Assembly (NCBI GenBank): GCA_041661385.1
Contig: JBAZUP010000003.1
Coordinates: 36,299-100,298, forward strand
Source of the DNA: Patescibacteria group bacterium
GTDB lineage: Bacteria > Patescibacteriota > Patescibacteriia > Magasanikbacterales > GWA2-37-8
Length of the DNA stretch: 64,000 bases
Reading direction: 5' to 3'
The notes under the pieces were generated by a model that ran no database searches, was not told the DNA's origin, and saw only the letters and a list, made by a program, of their open reading frames with translations. The position numbers and the translations under genes are program-made. The number at the start of each line of letters is the position of its first letter. The stretch's first letter is position 1. Below, in pieces: positions 33,560 to 42,457 of this stretch.

Positions 33560-33925
33560 ATGGGGTTAATTGCAAATTTTTATCGTTGCAAAGATAAACA
33601 ACAAATAGGCACCGAACTACGAGAAAATTATTTTGTTGACAATTTCGCGAAAAAACTAAAAAACGCAAAATTTGACAATTGTCACGTTACGGCAAGATTT
33701 GAAATTGACGACATACTTATGCTTAAAAACGAAATTGAATTGTGGTTTGAAATTCAACTAACAGTTACACAGGTAATTTATTTTAAAAAATTAAGTAAAT
33801 CTAAAAATTTTATCTGTTATCCAAACACCCGTATTTTCGTTTACCTAATGAGACGCGACGCATTAAACATAGCAAAAAAAATGTTGCTAGAAAACACCCC
33901 AATGCGATATTTTTCAATTCACTAA
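33560..33925 (+). CDS. hypothetical protein
   Basis: ORF downstream of hairpin. Confidence 0.6.
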   Translation: MGLIANFYRCKDKQQIGTELRENYFVDNFAKKLKNAKFDNCHVTARFEIDDILMLKNEIELWFEIQLTVTQVIYFKKLSKSKNFICYPNTRIFVYLMRRDALNIAKKMLLENTPMRYFSIH

Positions 33926-33941
33926 CACACCCGCCCAAGCG

Positions 33942-33977
33942 AGTCAAGCAGCGCGAATTACGCGTTATAGCTTGACT
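33942..33977 (+). promoter_or_regulatory. Frpo-like hairpin
   Basis: AGTCAAGC/GCTTGACT stem. Confidence 0.55.
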
Positions 33978-34320
33978 ACCCTCTCGCCGGTTTGTTAGCG
34001 TTAATATCATTAAATTTAAAGCACAAAACACTAATGGAAAGAAAAAAATGAATAAAAGCTACAGCGGTTACTTAGCACGTGACAAATATTGTTTTACACA
34101 AGATTTTTCATTCAGAACATACATAAACACTATTGCAAAAAAACGCAATTACAAAAAATAAATTTTCAAGGTAAAGAAAAATGACAGAATTACTCAATTC
34201 TCCAATATTATTCACAGAAAACATATTTATTTCCAGTTTTTTAGTGTTTTCCCTTTCAAATTTCTTTTCAAAAAAGATGAATTAAAAAACACTAAATTAA
34301 TAATATAAGTCATTACGACA

Positions 34321-34648
34321 AACGTCCTGGATAAGACGTTAAACTTTCCTCTTATATCTTTAATGTTTTACTATATCGGCGCACCGGTTTCCGACTCTTT
34401 GCACTTGTGAGCAAAGAAAAACTATGCCGATAGACATTAAAGCTTTAACACTCGCCCGAGGATCGGAATTGTCCGGTCAGCCGCGCAGGACCAGCGGCCA
34501 GTTATCGGTTGAGTGTTTCGAGCGGACACCTGCCACCCGCTCGCAGCGCATTTACCTTATGCAGATTGCGCCCAACCCTCCGGCTTGATCGACCGGATTG
34601 TGGTTGCCAGATCGCGAAGCGTTGTTTATAAACAGCGCTTCGTTTTTA
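34321..34648 (+). ncRNA. putative structured ncRNA (tandem helices ending in a terminator)
   Basis: GC-rich ORF-free stretch of consecutive hairpins; terminator 34615-34647; contains copy 1 of the kissing-loop motif. Confidence 0.65.
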
Positions 34649-34663
34649 TTATAAGGAGTTAAA

Positions 34664-34945
34664 ATGAGAACAGCAGAACAAAATTTAGAGTTTCAAACGC
34701 AATTTGCTATCCGAAAAGCTATACGAATAATTGAATTAGGAAGTGAAATACTCAGCGTAACAAACAAACCGCGTAAACTCGCAAACCGATTAGCAGTAGC
34801 CAGAGAAAATCTAGCAGAAATGCTTGAATCACTTCAGTTTTGTGAAAATGAAATCAAAGAATTAATTAACAAAGAAAACACTAATAGCGACGGCGTTTAT
34901 TCTGAAGTTATTGAGCATTGTTGTCTGCGAAGTGATTACAACTAA
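34664..34945 (+). CDS. hypothetical protein, paralog of 952
   Basis: MRTAEQNLE...QFAIRK...CENEI. Confidence 0.72.
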   Translation: MRTAEQNLEFQTQFAIRKAIRIIELGSEILSVTNKPRKLANRLAVARENLAEMLESLQFCENEIKELINKENTNSDGVYSEVIEHCCLRSDYN

Positions 34946-34978
34946 GTTATATAACTTAGTTATGTTTTAGGAGTTCCA

Positions 34979-35209
34979 ATGAAACGAAAATGCTGCCTAC
35001 TAACAAAAAGTCGAACACCTAAAAAAACAGCCGCCAAACAATGCCCGTTTCACATCGAATGTCTAAAAATAAAAAAAGGCGGAACCGGCTGTATATTTGG
35101 AATCAACAACTCAACCACCCGAACATATAACCGCGTTGATTTTAAAACCAACCCAGAGTTAAGCCCACAACAATTTAAGAAAAAAGGCATACACTACGAT
35201 TTGTATTAA
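34979..35209 (+). CDS. small basic Cys-rich protein
   Basis: AGGAG RBS. Confidence 0.6.
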   Translation: MKRKCCLLTKSRTPKKTAAKQCPFHIECLKIKKGGTGCIFGINNSTTRTYNRVDFKTNPELSPQQFKKKGIHYDLY

Positions 35210-35222
35210 CAAAAAAGGAGCT

Positions 35223-35744
35223 TTGATGTTTACAATCAAAATCAAAGAAACCATCGGCGAAAACTGCATAACCCGAGTTCAAGGCGGCAAAATTTTTAAA
35301 CTTTTAACCTCGCCGAGCCGTTTTCCATACAAAACAACCCTGGACTTCGCCGGTGTCAAAATCATCTCCGCGCCATTTATAAACGCAGCAATCGGCAGAT
35401 TGTTTGAAGTCAATGGAAACACCGAGCCGCATAAAGTCCCGTCATTTGTAAATCTTAGCCATCAAGACGAAACGATGATCAAACACGTTATAGACGGCGC
35501 AAAAGACTATTATACAAAATCCCTATACGAACGCACTCAGCACGACAATATCGTCGCCAACGCAATCCGACATGCAAACGAGTGCTCAACAGAACCAAAT
35601 ACATCGAACGATTTTTGTGACAAGCTAAAATGGCTAACGAACAACCTTAATACACTCAGCTACGACCAGCTTTCCAAAATAAGCAAATTATCAAAATTAA
35701 CGAATATGGAAATTCACAAAAGATTTCCACCTAAACCACAATAA
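35223..35744 (+). CDS. STAS-like (DUF4325) domain protein
   Basis: CITRVQGGKIF...LDFAGVKIISAPFINAAIGRL. Confidence 0.72.
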   Translation: MMFTIKIKETIGENCITRVQGGKIFKLLTSPSRFPYKTTLDFAGVKIISAPFINAAIGRLFEVNGNTEPHKVPSFVNLSHQDETMIKHVIDGAKDYYTKSLYERTQHDNIVANAIRHANECSTEPNTSNDFCDKLKWLTNNLNTLSYDQLSKISKLSKLTNMEIHKRFPPKPQ

Positions 35745-35937
35745 TTCTTTTTAAGGAGTTCCCGTGAATAATAAATATCATCCACCGTAGCGTACCTCCC
35801 TAGTAAACCAATATACAACAAATTATATATTAAACATAAGACTAATAAATCAACGCCTGTGTAAACTCGGCCACACGCCGCACTTTTACCCAGGCGTTTT
35901 ATTTTACTTACTAACTAATAATAGTTAGTAAGCTTTT

Positions 35938-36080
35938 ATGGTCTATTGCCAAGTTTGGAATATCCAAACAATCGTACAGGATTAACGAGGCATTAGTACC
36001 ATTCCGTCGGACACCTGTCACCCGACGCGCCCACCCAAACAGATGTGACCTCTTCTCCACGTTTGTTTGGGTGTTTTTTA
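35938..36080 (+). ncRNA. putative structured ncRNA, copy 2 of kissing-loop motif
   Basis: Three-way junction plus CGTCGG-ACACCTGTCAC-CCGACG hairpin plus terminator with T tract. Confidence 0.65.
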
Positions 36081-36150
36081 ATTTTAAAAGCTAATTGCTA
36101 ATTTTCACAATTAGCACAAAACACGCAACAGCAACTACCATCACCGCTTC

Positions 36151-36191
36151 GACAAATCAAATCCCGTTACACTCTTACGATTTGACATGTC
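36151..36191 (+). promoter_or_regulatory. Frpo-like hairpin
   Basis: TCAAATC/GATTTGA stem with TTGACA; downstream GCTGGCGAG.AATAATC shared with 708-724. Confidence 0.5.
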
Positions 36192-36255
36192 TCTCACGTT
36201 GCTGGCGAGTAATAATCATTAAATTTAGGCTATAAAGAGCCACAGAGGAGAAAAA

Positions 36256-36474
36256 ATGACAATATTTAAGGGACAAAAAGTTGTTAGAAAATCGACCGCA
36301 GCAAAAGTACTACAAGAATGTAACACTTTAAGCTTATTCGATACTACATCAAAATATGCGGTTGCAAACCGTCAAATCTTGAATAGCTTACCGACAAGTA
36401 TTCCAACACTTTTCACTGTTGTTACCGAAGAAAACGGGAACAAAGCCATTCAAGAATATTTCGTAACTAACTAA
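36256..36474 (+). CDS. hypothetical protein
   Basis: GAGGAGA RBS. Confidence 0.7.
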   Translation: MTIFKGQKVVRKSTAAKVLQECNTLSLFDTTSKYAVANRQILNSLPTSIPTLFTVVTEENGNKAIQEYFVTN

Positions 36475-36615
36475 TATTACTAAGTAAACTTAGTTAGTGA
36501 TATTAGTTATGGAGAGTTCTCCGTTGCTAAATGCGTAATCCCGGAAAAGCGATTTATTCGCACTCTCCCCTACTCCCTATTTCTTATTAATAATAAATAT
36601 TTTTTGGAGAAGAAA

Positions 36616-36819
36616 ATGAAAAACATCTTTTTGAATTTACCACAAAAACAAACTTGCTTACCGCAAGAAGTCTACGAAGAAGCGAGATTCCTTAAAACTC
36701 GTTATCAACGCTTCCATTCTCAAAAATCCCGCTTAGGTGTTGTTATGGAAATCAGACGATTTATAGATAAACACACCCAATACACTACACCGATTAAACA
36801 AGTGATTTGGAGTTCATAA
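36616..36819 (+). CDS. hypothetical protein
   Basis: GGAGA RBS. Confidence 0.65.
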   Translation: MKNIFLNLPQKQTCLPQEVYEEARFLKTRYQRFHSQKSRLGVVMEIRRFIDKHTQYTTPIKQVIWSS

Positions 36820-36842
36820 CTTTCCATATAAACGTTCCCTAC

Positions 36843-36892
36843 GCCGATCACGGTTGTCAAGCGCCGAAAATTCGCTTGACAACCGCTCCGGC
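36843..36892 (+). promoter_or_regulatory. Frpo-like hairpin upstream of ssb
   Basis: 13-bp perfect stem CGGTTGTCAAGCG/CGCTTGACAACCG. Confidence 0.65.
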
Positions 36893-37049
36893 ATTGGGCG
36901 AAATTATCTTAGATTTCCTCAGCAGGAAGAAAAACTGCTTGAACCTTATGTCCTAAGTAAGACGAAAAACTACTTATTTTTCTCAATAAATCGGCTGGAT
37001 CGACCGCCATATAAGTCAGAGCACATCGACAAAAAAAGGAATTATTATC

Positions 37050-37364
37050 ATGAACAAAGTAATCTTAGTAGGCAATCTTACCCGTGATCCAAATGTCAAA
37101 ATCACTTCCACAGGCAAATCTGTTGTAAACTTCAACATCGCTACCAATGAAGGATTTGGCGACAAAAAACGCGGTGAATTTCACAATATCGTGGGTTGGG
37201 AAAAACACGCTGAAGCAGTTGGAAACAACCTCAGCACAGGTTCTACCGTTCTAATTGAAGGACGACTTCAGACACGCAATTACGAAGGTAAAGACGGCAA
37301 CAAACGTTCCATTACCGAAGTGGTAATGACAGCCATGCCACAATTTCTTTCCCCTCGTAAATAA
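37050..37364 (+). CDS. ssb: single-stranded DNA-binding protein, no acidic tail
   Basis: MNKVILVGNLTRDP...VLIEGRLQTRNYEGKDG. Confidence 0.95.
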   Translation: MNKVILVGNLTRDPNVKITSTGKSVVNFNIATNEGFGDKKRGEFHNIVGWEKHAEAVGNNLSTGSTVLIEGRLQTRNYEGKDGNKRSITEVVMTAMPQFLSPRK

Positions 37365-37639
37365 AACTACCGCTTAACAGCAACTATTCAAACCCAGTAG
37401 CTCCGGCTACAGGGTTTTCTTTGTTTTAGACCAAAATAAAATTGCGCCACTAACATAAGTTAGTAGCTGCATAACGAAAAGGAGTTTTTCAAATGACAAC
37501 ATCACAAGAAGTCATTCAACTCAAACGCGAACTACGCAAAGCCAACAACGAGAAAAGAGATTTCGAAATTCTTTTTCTGGTAGCCGTAACCGCACTGTCC
37601 TCTTTCGCAATTTTTGCTTATTAATTTTCATGCCAATAT

Positions 37640-37668
37640 TTGACAACCACGTAAAACGGTTATATAAT
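37640..37668 (+). promoter_or_regulatory. sigma-70/A promoter of mazEF-like operon
   Basis: TTGACA-17-TATAAT. Confidence 0.8.
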
Positions 37669-37704
37669 TAAATTGTTACATGAAACGTTGCAAAGGAGGC
37701 TGAA

Positions 37705-37923
37705 ATGGCTACAAATATTAATCAACGAGTACAAAAACACCGCGCGAATTTACGAGCTTCAGGGTTGCGTCCTATTCAATTGTGGGTGCCAGATACAAGA
37801 AGCCCTGGATTTGCTGAAGAATGTCGCCGACAGTCGCTTGCGCTTAAAAACGACCCGCAAGAAAAAGAGGTCATGGACTGGGTTGAAGCTGTTGCTGATA
37901 CCGAAGGATGGAAATGGGATTAA
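37705..37923 (+). CDS. MazE-like antitoxin (DUF3018)
   Basis: RVQKHRANLRASGLRPIQLWVPDTRSPGFAEECRRQS. Confidence 0.88.
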   Translation: MATNINQRVQKHRANLRASGLRPIQLWVPDTRSPGFAEECRRQSLALKNDPQEKEVMDWVEAVADTEGWKWD

Positions 37924-38246
37924 CACGTGGTGATATAGTTACAGTGGCGCCACCAGGCGAATTTGGAAAACCACGACCAGCTATCGTCATTCAATCTGAT
38001 TTTTTTGCACAGACTGAAACGGTTGTTGTTTTATTAATCACTAGCGAATTAAGAGACTTACCGCTTATCAGAGTCTCAATAGAAACTGACCAATTCAGCG
38101 GGTTAAATAAACCATCACAAATTATGTTAGACAAAATAATGACCGTTAAACGAGAAAAAATAGGAACGGTATTTGGAAAAATAACCAAAGACAAACTGCT
38201 GGACATTGAAATAAAACTAGCGGTATTTTTAGGAATAGCAAAATAA
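37914..38246 (+). CDS. PemK/MazF endoribonuclease toxin
   Basis: RGDIVTV...GKPRPAIVIQSD...ITS...SQIMLDKIMTV. Confidence 0.92.
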   Translation: MGLTRGDIVTVAPPGEFGKPRPAIVIQSDFFAQTETVVVLLITSELRDLPLIRVSIETDQFSGLNKPSQIMLDKIMTVKREKIGTVFGKITKDKLLDIEIKLAVFLGIAK

Positions 38247-38361
38247 CAAAAAAACAGGTCCGCTTCGGCGGATCTGTTTTTTTCTTTCAACACTAAACAA
38301 ATTTAACCAATTAACAAAACTAACTTATATAACTTAGTTTTGTTAATCCAAAAGGATTTTT

Positions 38362-38943
38362 ATGAAAAAACGCATAGATGACGATTCAATTTTTAACCCT
38401 TTAAATTCCATGCTTGACATCACATATCCTGCGACAGCAAATATTGAAGATACTCACAACCCCGACAACCCAATATATGACCTTGTTGACAAAAACGGCG
38501 ACGATCTTGAACCGCCTAAAGATTCGCAACAAAACGATACCGACCAAGAAACTTCGTCGCTAACTGAAGAAACAAACACAACACCGGCAAAGCCGGCCAC
38601 CACTGTTAAAGAAAAAATGTCCTCAAATCAACTCGTAACTTGTATGCAGCAACAAGTAAACGTATGTGAAGGAATTATTGCACTAATAGAAAAATACGAA
38701 ACCCATAAAATAACAACCCAAGACACTACCCTTCCCGACCTTCCCGAAGAAATCAAACAAGGCTTAACTGAGCATACTGCCAAATATAAATCATGGTGCA
38801 AAACGACCGAAATAATCGCTAAATATTTTGCAAAAATTGAAACGCCGATACCCACAAAGAAAACGACTACAACCGCAAAAACAACCACACCCAAAACGCC
38901 CGAAAAGCCCAAAGAGGAACAATTTTCGTTTGATTTTAACTAA
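38362..38943 (+). CDS. hypothetical protein with low-complexity linkers and C-terminal QFSF
   Basis: AAGGA RBS; ends EEQFSFDFN. Confidence 0.7.
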   Translation: MKKRIDDDSIFNPLNSMLDITYPATANIEDTHNPDNPIYDLVDKNGDDLEPPKDSQQNDTDQETSSLTEETNTTPAKPATTVKEKMSSNQLVTCMQQQVNVCEGIIALIEKYETHKITTQDTTLPDLPEEIKQGLTEHTAKYKSWCKTTEIIAKYFAKIETPIPTKKTTTTAKTTTPKTPEKPKEEQFSFDFN

Positions 38944-38946
38944 AAA

Positions 38947-38980
38947 TTGACACTCATTTATATGTACATTATAATGTACG
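38947..38980 (+). promoter_or_regulatory. promoter/operator of yefM-yoeB
   Basis: TTGACA-17-TATAAT with GTACATTATAATGTAC palindrome. Confidence 0.85.
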
Positions 38981-39003
38981 CATAGAATAGGAGGTGTTTT
39001 ATA

Positions 39004-39258
39004 ATGTTAATTACCAACGCCACAAACTTTAGAAAAAACATTTTTAGTATGTTAGAACAAACAATTAAATATAACGAACCAATAAACATCAACACCAAAG
39101 ACGGTAACGCAATAATCGTCAGCGAAGAAGATTACAACGGATTGATTGAAACGTTATATTTGTATTCCATACCCGGCATGAAGGATTCTTTATTAGAAGG
39201 AATGAACACTCCAATAAGTGAGTATGTTCCATCAAACGAGGTTAATTGGAATGTATGA
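39004..39258 (+). CDS. yefM: Phd/YefM antitoxin
   Basis: NATNFRKNIF...NAIIVSEEDYNGLIETLYL. Confidence 0.9.
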   Translation: MLITNATNFRKNIFSMLEQTIKYNEPININTKDGNAIIVSEEDYNGLIETLYLYSIPGMKDSLLEGMNTPISEYVPSNEVNWNV

Positions 39259-39511
39259 AGTCTTTTTTAGTAAAAAAGCTATATCCGACATTCCGAAATT
39301 GAAAGCCGCCAACCTTATTGACAAAGCAAAAGCACTAGAAAATATTATTAGAGACAATCCACTTAAAAATCCACCGCCTTATGAAAAATTACAAGGAAGC
39401 GCACAAGGATTATATTCACGACGAATTAATATTAAACATCGCCTTGTGTATCAAGTATTCGAAACAGAAAAAATAGTGAAAATCATAAGAATGTGGAGCC
39501 ACTACGAATAA
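39251..39511 (+). CDS. yoeB: Txe/YoeB toxin
   Basis: PPPYEKL.G...YSRRINIKHRLVY...MWSHYE. Confidence 0.93.
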   Translation: MYEVFFSKKAISDIPKLKAANLIDKAKALENIIRDNPLKNPPPYEKLQGSAQGLYSRRINIKHRLVYQVFETEKIVKIIRMWSHYE

Positions 39512-39608
39512 AAACCAACCTTAATCGGTTGGTTTTTTTATTTATCGACTAAATTCACTAGAACCAAGTTATACTAACTTATATAACTTGGTTCCAAAGG
39601 AACATTTT

Positions 39609-39995
39609 ATGACAAAATCATCTTTTAAAATAACCCTACTTGACGCAGCTGACAGTGATGCCGATTTCGCCAAAACAATTATAATCGAAGCATTAACAAA
39701 AGCTTTTTCCTCTCCTAACTCCAACGTGTCCTTCCAAATAGAAAACTCCTACCGTAATATTCCAAACCGAGAATACCCGGATAAAGCAGACGGAATTGGT
39801 AATTGGTGTATAAAAGACATTTGTAACCATTTTAATATTTCTGAAGAACTAGTTAACAACCAGACATTTTACGAGCAAGCGCTTACTGCCCTGGAACAAG
39901 TCGAAAACAAAGCCGACGCAGACTGGGAAGCCCTAGACTATTACTGCAACGAACATATCAATAAATGTTATATAGAACAAGAAAATGAAAATTAA
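39609..39995 (+). CDS. hypothetical protein, paralog of 18296
   Basis: SFKITL...DADWEAL. Confidence 0.68.
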   Translation: MTKSSFKITLLDAADSDADFAKTIIIEALTKAFSSPNSNVSFQIENSYRNIPNREYPDKADGIGNWCIKDICNHFNISEELVNNQTFYEQALTALEQVENKADADWEALDYYCNEHINKCYIEQENEN

Positions 39996-40017
39996 CTAAT
40001 TATTCAGGAGAAAAAAC

Positions 40018-40473
40018 ATGGCATACATGACGCAAGAAGACAAGAAAGCTAAAGCAATTTTATTGAAACCAATTTTAGCAAAATACAATATCAAAGGCAC
40101 TTTATCAATCAATAATCATTCGACGCTAGTCTGCAAAATAAGTTCCGGGAAAATCGATTTTTTAAAAAACCACATTGAAATCATGACAAAAGAATATTCA
40201 CGAACTGCACGCTACGAAGATGGTGCAGAACGAATCAAATACCTGCAAGAACGCAAATACATCGTCGTCAACATTTATCACTTTGAAAAAGAATTTTCAG
40301 GTGTTGCTCTGGAATGTTTAAAAGAGATAAAAGCTGTACTATTTGCCGGCAATCACAACAACAGTGACAGCATGACTGATTATTTTGACGTGGGCTGGTA
40401 CGTGGATATAAACATTGGAAATTGGGACAAACCATACATACTAACCCAAAACCAACAACTCCAAGCAGCATAA
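40018..40473 (+). CDS. hypothetical protein, LPD29-like
   Basis: NNSDSMTDYFDVGWY motif; ends QAA. Confidence 0.65.
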   Translation: MAYMTQEDKKAKAILLKPILAKYNIKGTLSINNHSTLVCKISSGKIDFLKNHIEIMTKEYSRTARYEDGAERIKYLQERKYIVVNIYHFEKEFSGVALECLKEIKAVLFAGNHNNSDSMTDYFDVGWYVDINIGNWDKPYILTQNQQLQAA

Positions 40474-40549
40474 ATTTCTTTTCAGAAGTTCACATCACCC
40501 AACCCATCTAAACTAAGTAAACTAACTAATATTAATTAGTTTACTTAGT

Positions 40550-42193
40550 TTGCCAGGAGATAAATTGAAAACACTAATGACCGTATCAATCCCTGTCATG
40601 TTCGACGGCTACTATTATGGCGTCAACACTAAAGACTTAACAACACAACCCAACGCCAGCTGGAATCGTGCCATCCAAATATATTGTTCACATTGCAAAA
40701 AATATCACGTCCTGGCCTTTGCTGCCGTGTGTACAATGATGGGTGGCGCCGACGCAAATCAACGAAGACACTGCCCAAATTGCGGCAAATTCTTAAACAA
40801 CTGGAATTGCCAAACACACGGCGTAAATCAATTGGAGCCGCTATCGGGAAATATATCCTTGATTGAACATAAAAACATGATCGGCTTATCTTTTAAAGGC
40901 AAAGGCATAACTTTTGGCGATTTATCCTACAAAAAAAGTGACTACTCTGAGATAGTTCTGTTTGATTTAGAAAACAACACAACCCATTGGAAAATCGGTA
41001 AAATAACCTACCGACTAGGCAATCCCGACGACAAAACATTTTACGAAAAAAGTTTTTTCGATTATCTATACCGCAATTGCCATTTATACAAGGAAGATAA
41101 AACCTACAAACAAGACCTTGATATTTTATTTAAGGAGTTATTGACGCAACTATCCGCAAAAATGAATAAACTCCATTTTTCCAAACAATCGCTCTATACA
41201 AATTACGGCAGCATTGAACAACACGGCCGCTATTTACCGCAAATATTTAATATCGCCTACCGAATCGCATTCCCGGATTGTACTAACCTGTCAAGAAACT
41301 TCTCCAACAGATATGAAGCGCCTTCCTGCCCTTCAATCGGCAAGAACTATCAAACCATCAAAACCGCAATTGCGAACGGTGCAGATAGCATTACGGCGAT
41401 AATAACTGCGGTAGAATTACCGAACACCAAACTGATTCGAAAAATAGTATCCCAAAGTATTTTATCAATTGAACGTTTAAAAATGATTTTTAATCACATC
41501 AAAAATTATGACAACGCCATGAAAATTTGGAATGCTAATGAATACAGCAGCTATCAGGAACAAGAACTTATTTTCCTAAAATCGTTAACCAAAATTTACG
41601 ACGAAACACAATTAGTAAATTACTATCTAACAAAACACGCAGATTTTGGAGAAACAAAACGACTCTACGACTATAACTATTTCTCTACCACACAACTCAA
41701 AAAAGAAAAAGTGAAATTCTCCGACTTACATAACTGGTGCGTTGAAAAAAACAAACTTCGCCAAGAAAAAGAAGAATTATTAAAAACAAGAGATCCGGAA
41801 ACAAAATTCGAACTACCACCCGCAATTATCCGACGATTAGAAATGCAACGCGATATATTCAGCTTTTTCCTACCGGAATCACAAGCCGAATTAAACTTCG
41901 CCGGCAACCAACTTCACAATTGTTTAAGAACCTACGATAAAGAAATGGAAAACAAAGCCGACGCTTCAGCAAAAATTGTGTTAGTGGCTGATGATTTTGG
42001 AAAACTCGTAGCCGCAGTTAGGATTAATAATTTTGTGATTACTGAAGCAAAATTAAAATACAATAAATCTGCCAAAACCGATTCGGAAATAAACAGTAAA
42101 ATAATCCAGTGGGCAAAAACCGTAAAATTAACAATCAATACCAATGATATAGACGAAAATTTAGAGTTTGATATCACAAAACTAGCAGCATAA
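40550..42193 (+). CDS. PcfJ-like domain protein (start probably TTG near 40565)
   Basis: P....EL...G..LHNCL..Y motif; N-terminal CxxC pairs; ends LAA. Confidence 0.75.
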   Translation: MPGDKLKTLMTVSIPVMFDGYYYGVNTKDLTTQPNASWNRAIQIYCSHCKKYHVLAFAAVCTMMGGADANQRRHCPNCGKFLNNWNCQTHGVNQLEPLSGNISLIEHKNMIGLSFKGKGITFGDLSYKKSDYSEIVLFDLENNTTHWKIGKITYRLGNPDDKTFYEKSFFDYLYRNCHLYKEDKTYKQDLDILFKELLTQLSAKMNKLHFSKQSLYTNYGSIEQHGRYLPQIFNIAYRIAFPDCTNLSRNFSNRYEAPSCPSIGKNYQTIKTAIANGADSITAIITAVELPNTKLIRKIVSQSILSIERLKMIFNHIKNYDNAMKIWNANEYSSYQEQELIFLKSLTKIYDETQLVNYYLTKHADFGETKRLYDYNYFSTTQLKKEKVKFSDLHNWCVEKNKLRQEKEELLKTRDPETKFELPPAIIRRLEMQRDIFSFFLPESQAELNFAGNQLHNCLRTYDKEMENKADASAKIVLVADDFGKLVAAVRINNFVITEAKLKYNKSAKTDSEINSKIIQWAKTVKLTINTNDIDENLEFDITKLAA

Positions 42194-42457
42194 ACTAACT
42201 AAGTTTAGTTAGTAATATTAGTTAGTAGAAAGGTTTTAATTTATGAAAACAGAAACAGTAAAAGAATGTTATGAAAAATTTGTAAGTAAATGCCGAATTA
42301 CAGAATGTGAAGATTGTGAATATGGTGAACGAATTGGTAAAACTTGTGAAAGCGTCGAAGGTTCTTTCGCAGAAGAATTAATGAAAAACGATAGAAAATT
42401 AATCATTTGTTAATCATCAAAAAAGATTAATCCAAACAATAACATACAAATGAGGTT

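Noticed and set aside
34519-34543. Cobalamin B12-box or SRP RNA resemblance (ACCTGCC, CAGG...CAGC)
   Set aside because: Other conserved elements (GGGAA, GCCACUG; GGAAGG tetraloop helix) are absent
35938-36002. tRNA-Gln-like start TGGTCTATTGCCAAG
   Set aside because: No T arm, anticodon loop or CCA end; better explained by the kissing-loop motif
36509-36580. GGAGAGTTCTCC hairpin resembling a fluoride riboswitch
   Set aside because: Lacks the GAUGG and CUGAUGA/CUAAUGA core and there is no fluoride exporter downstream; only a generic stem is supportable
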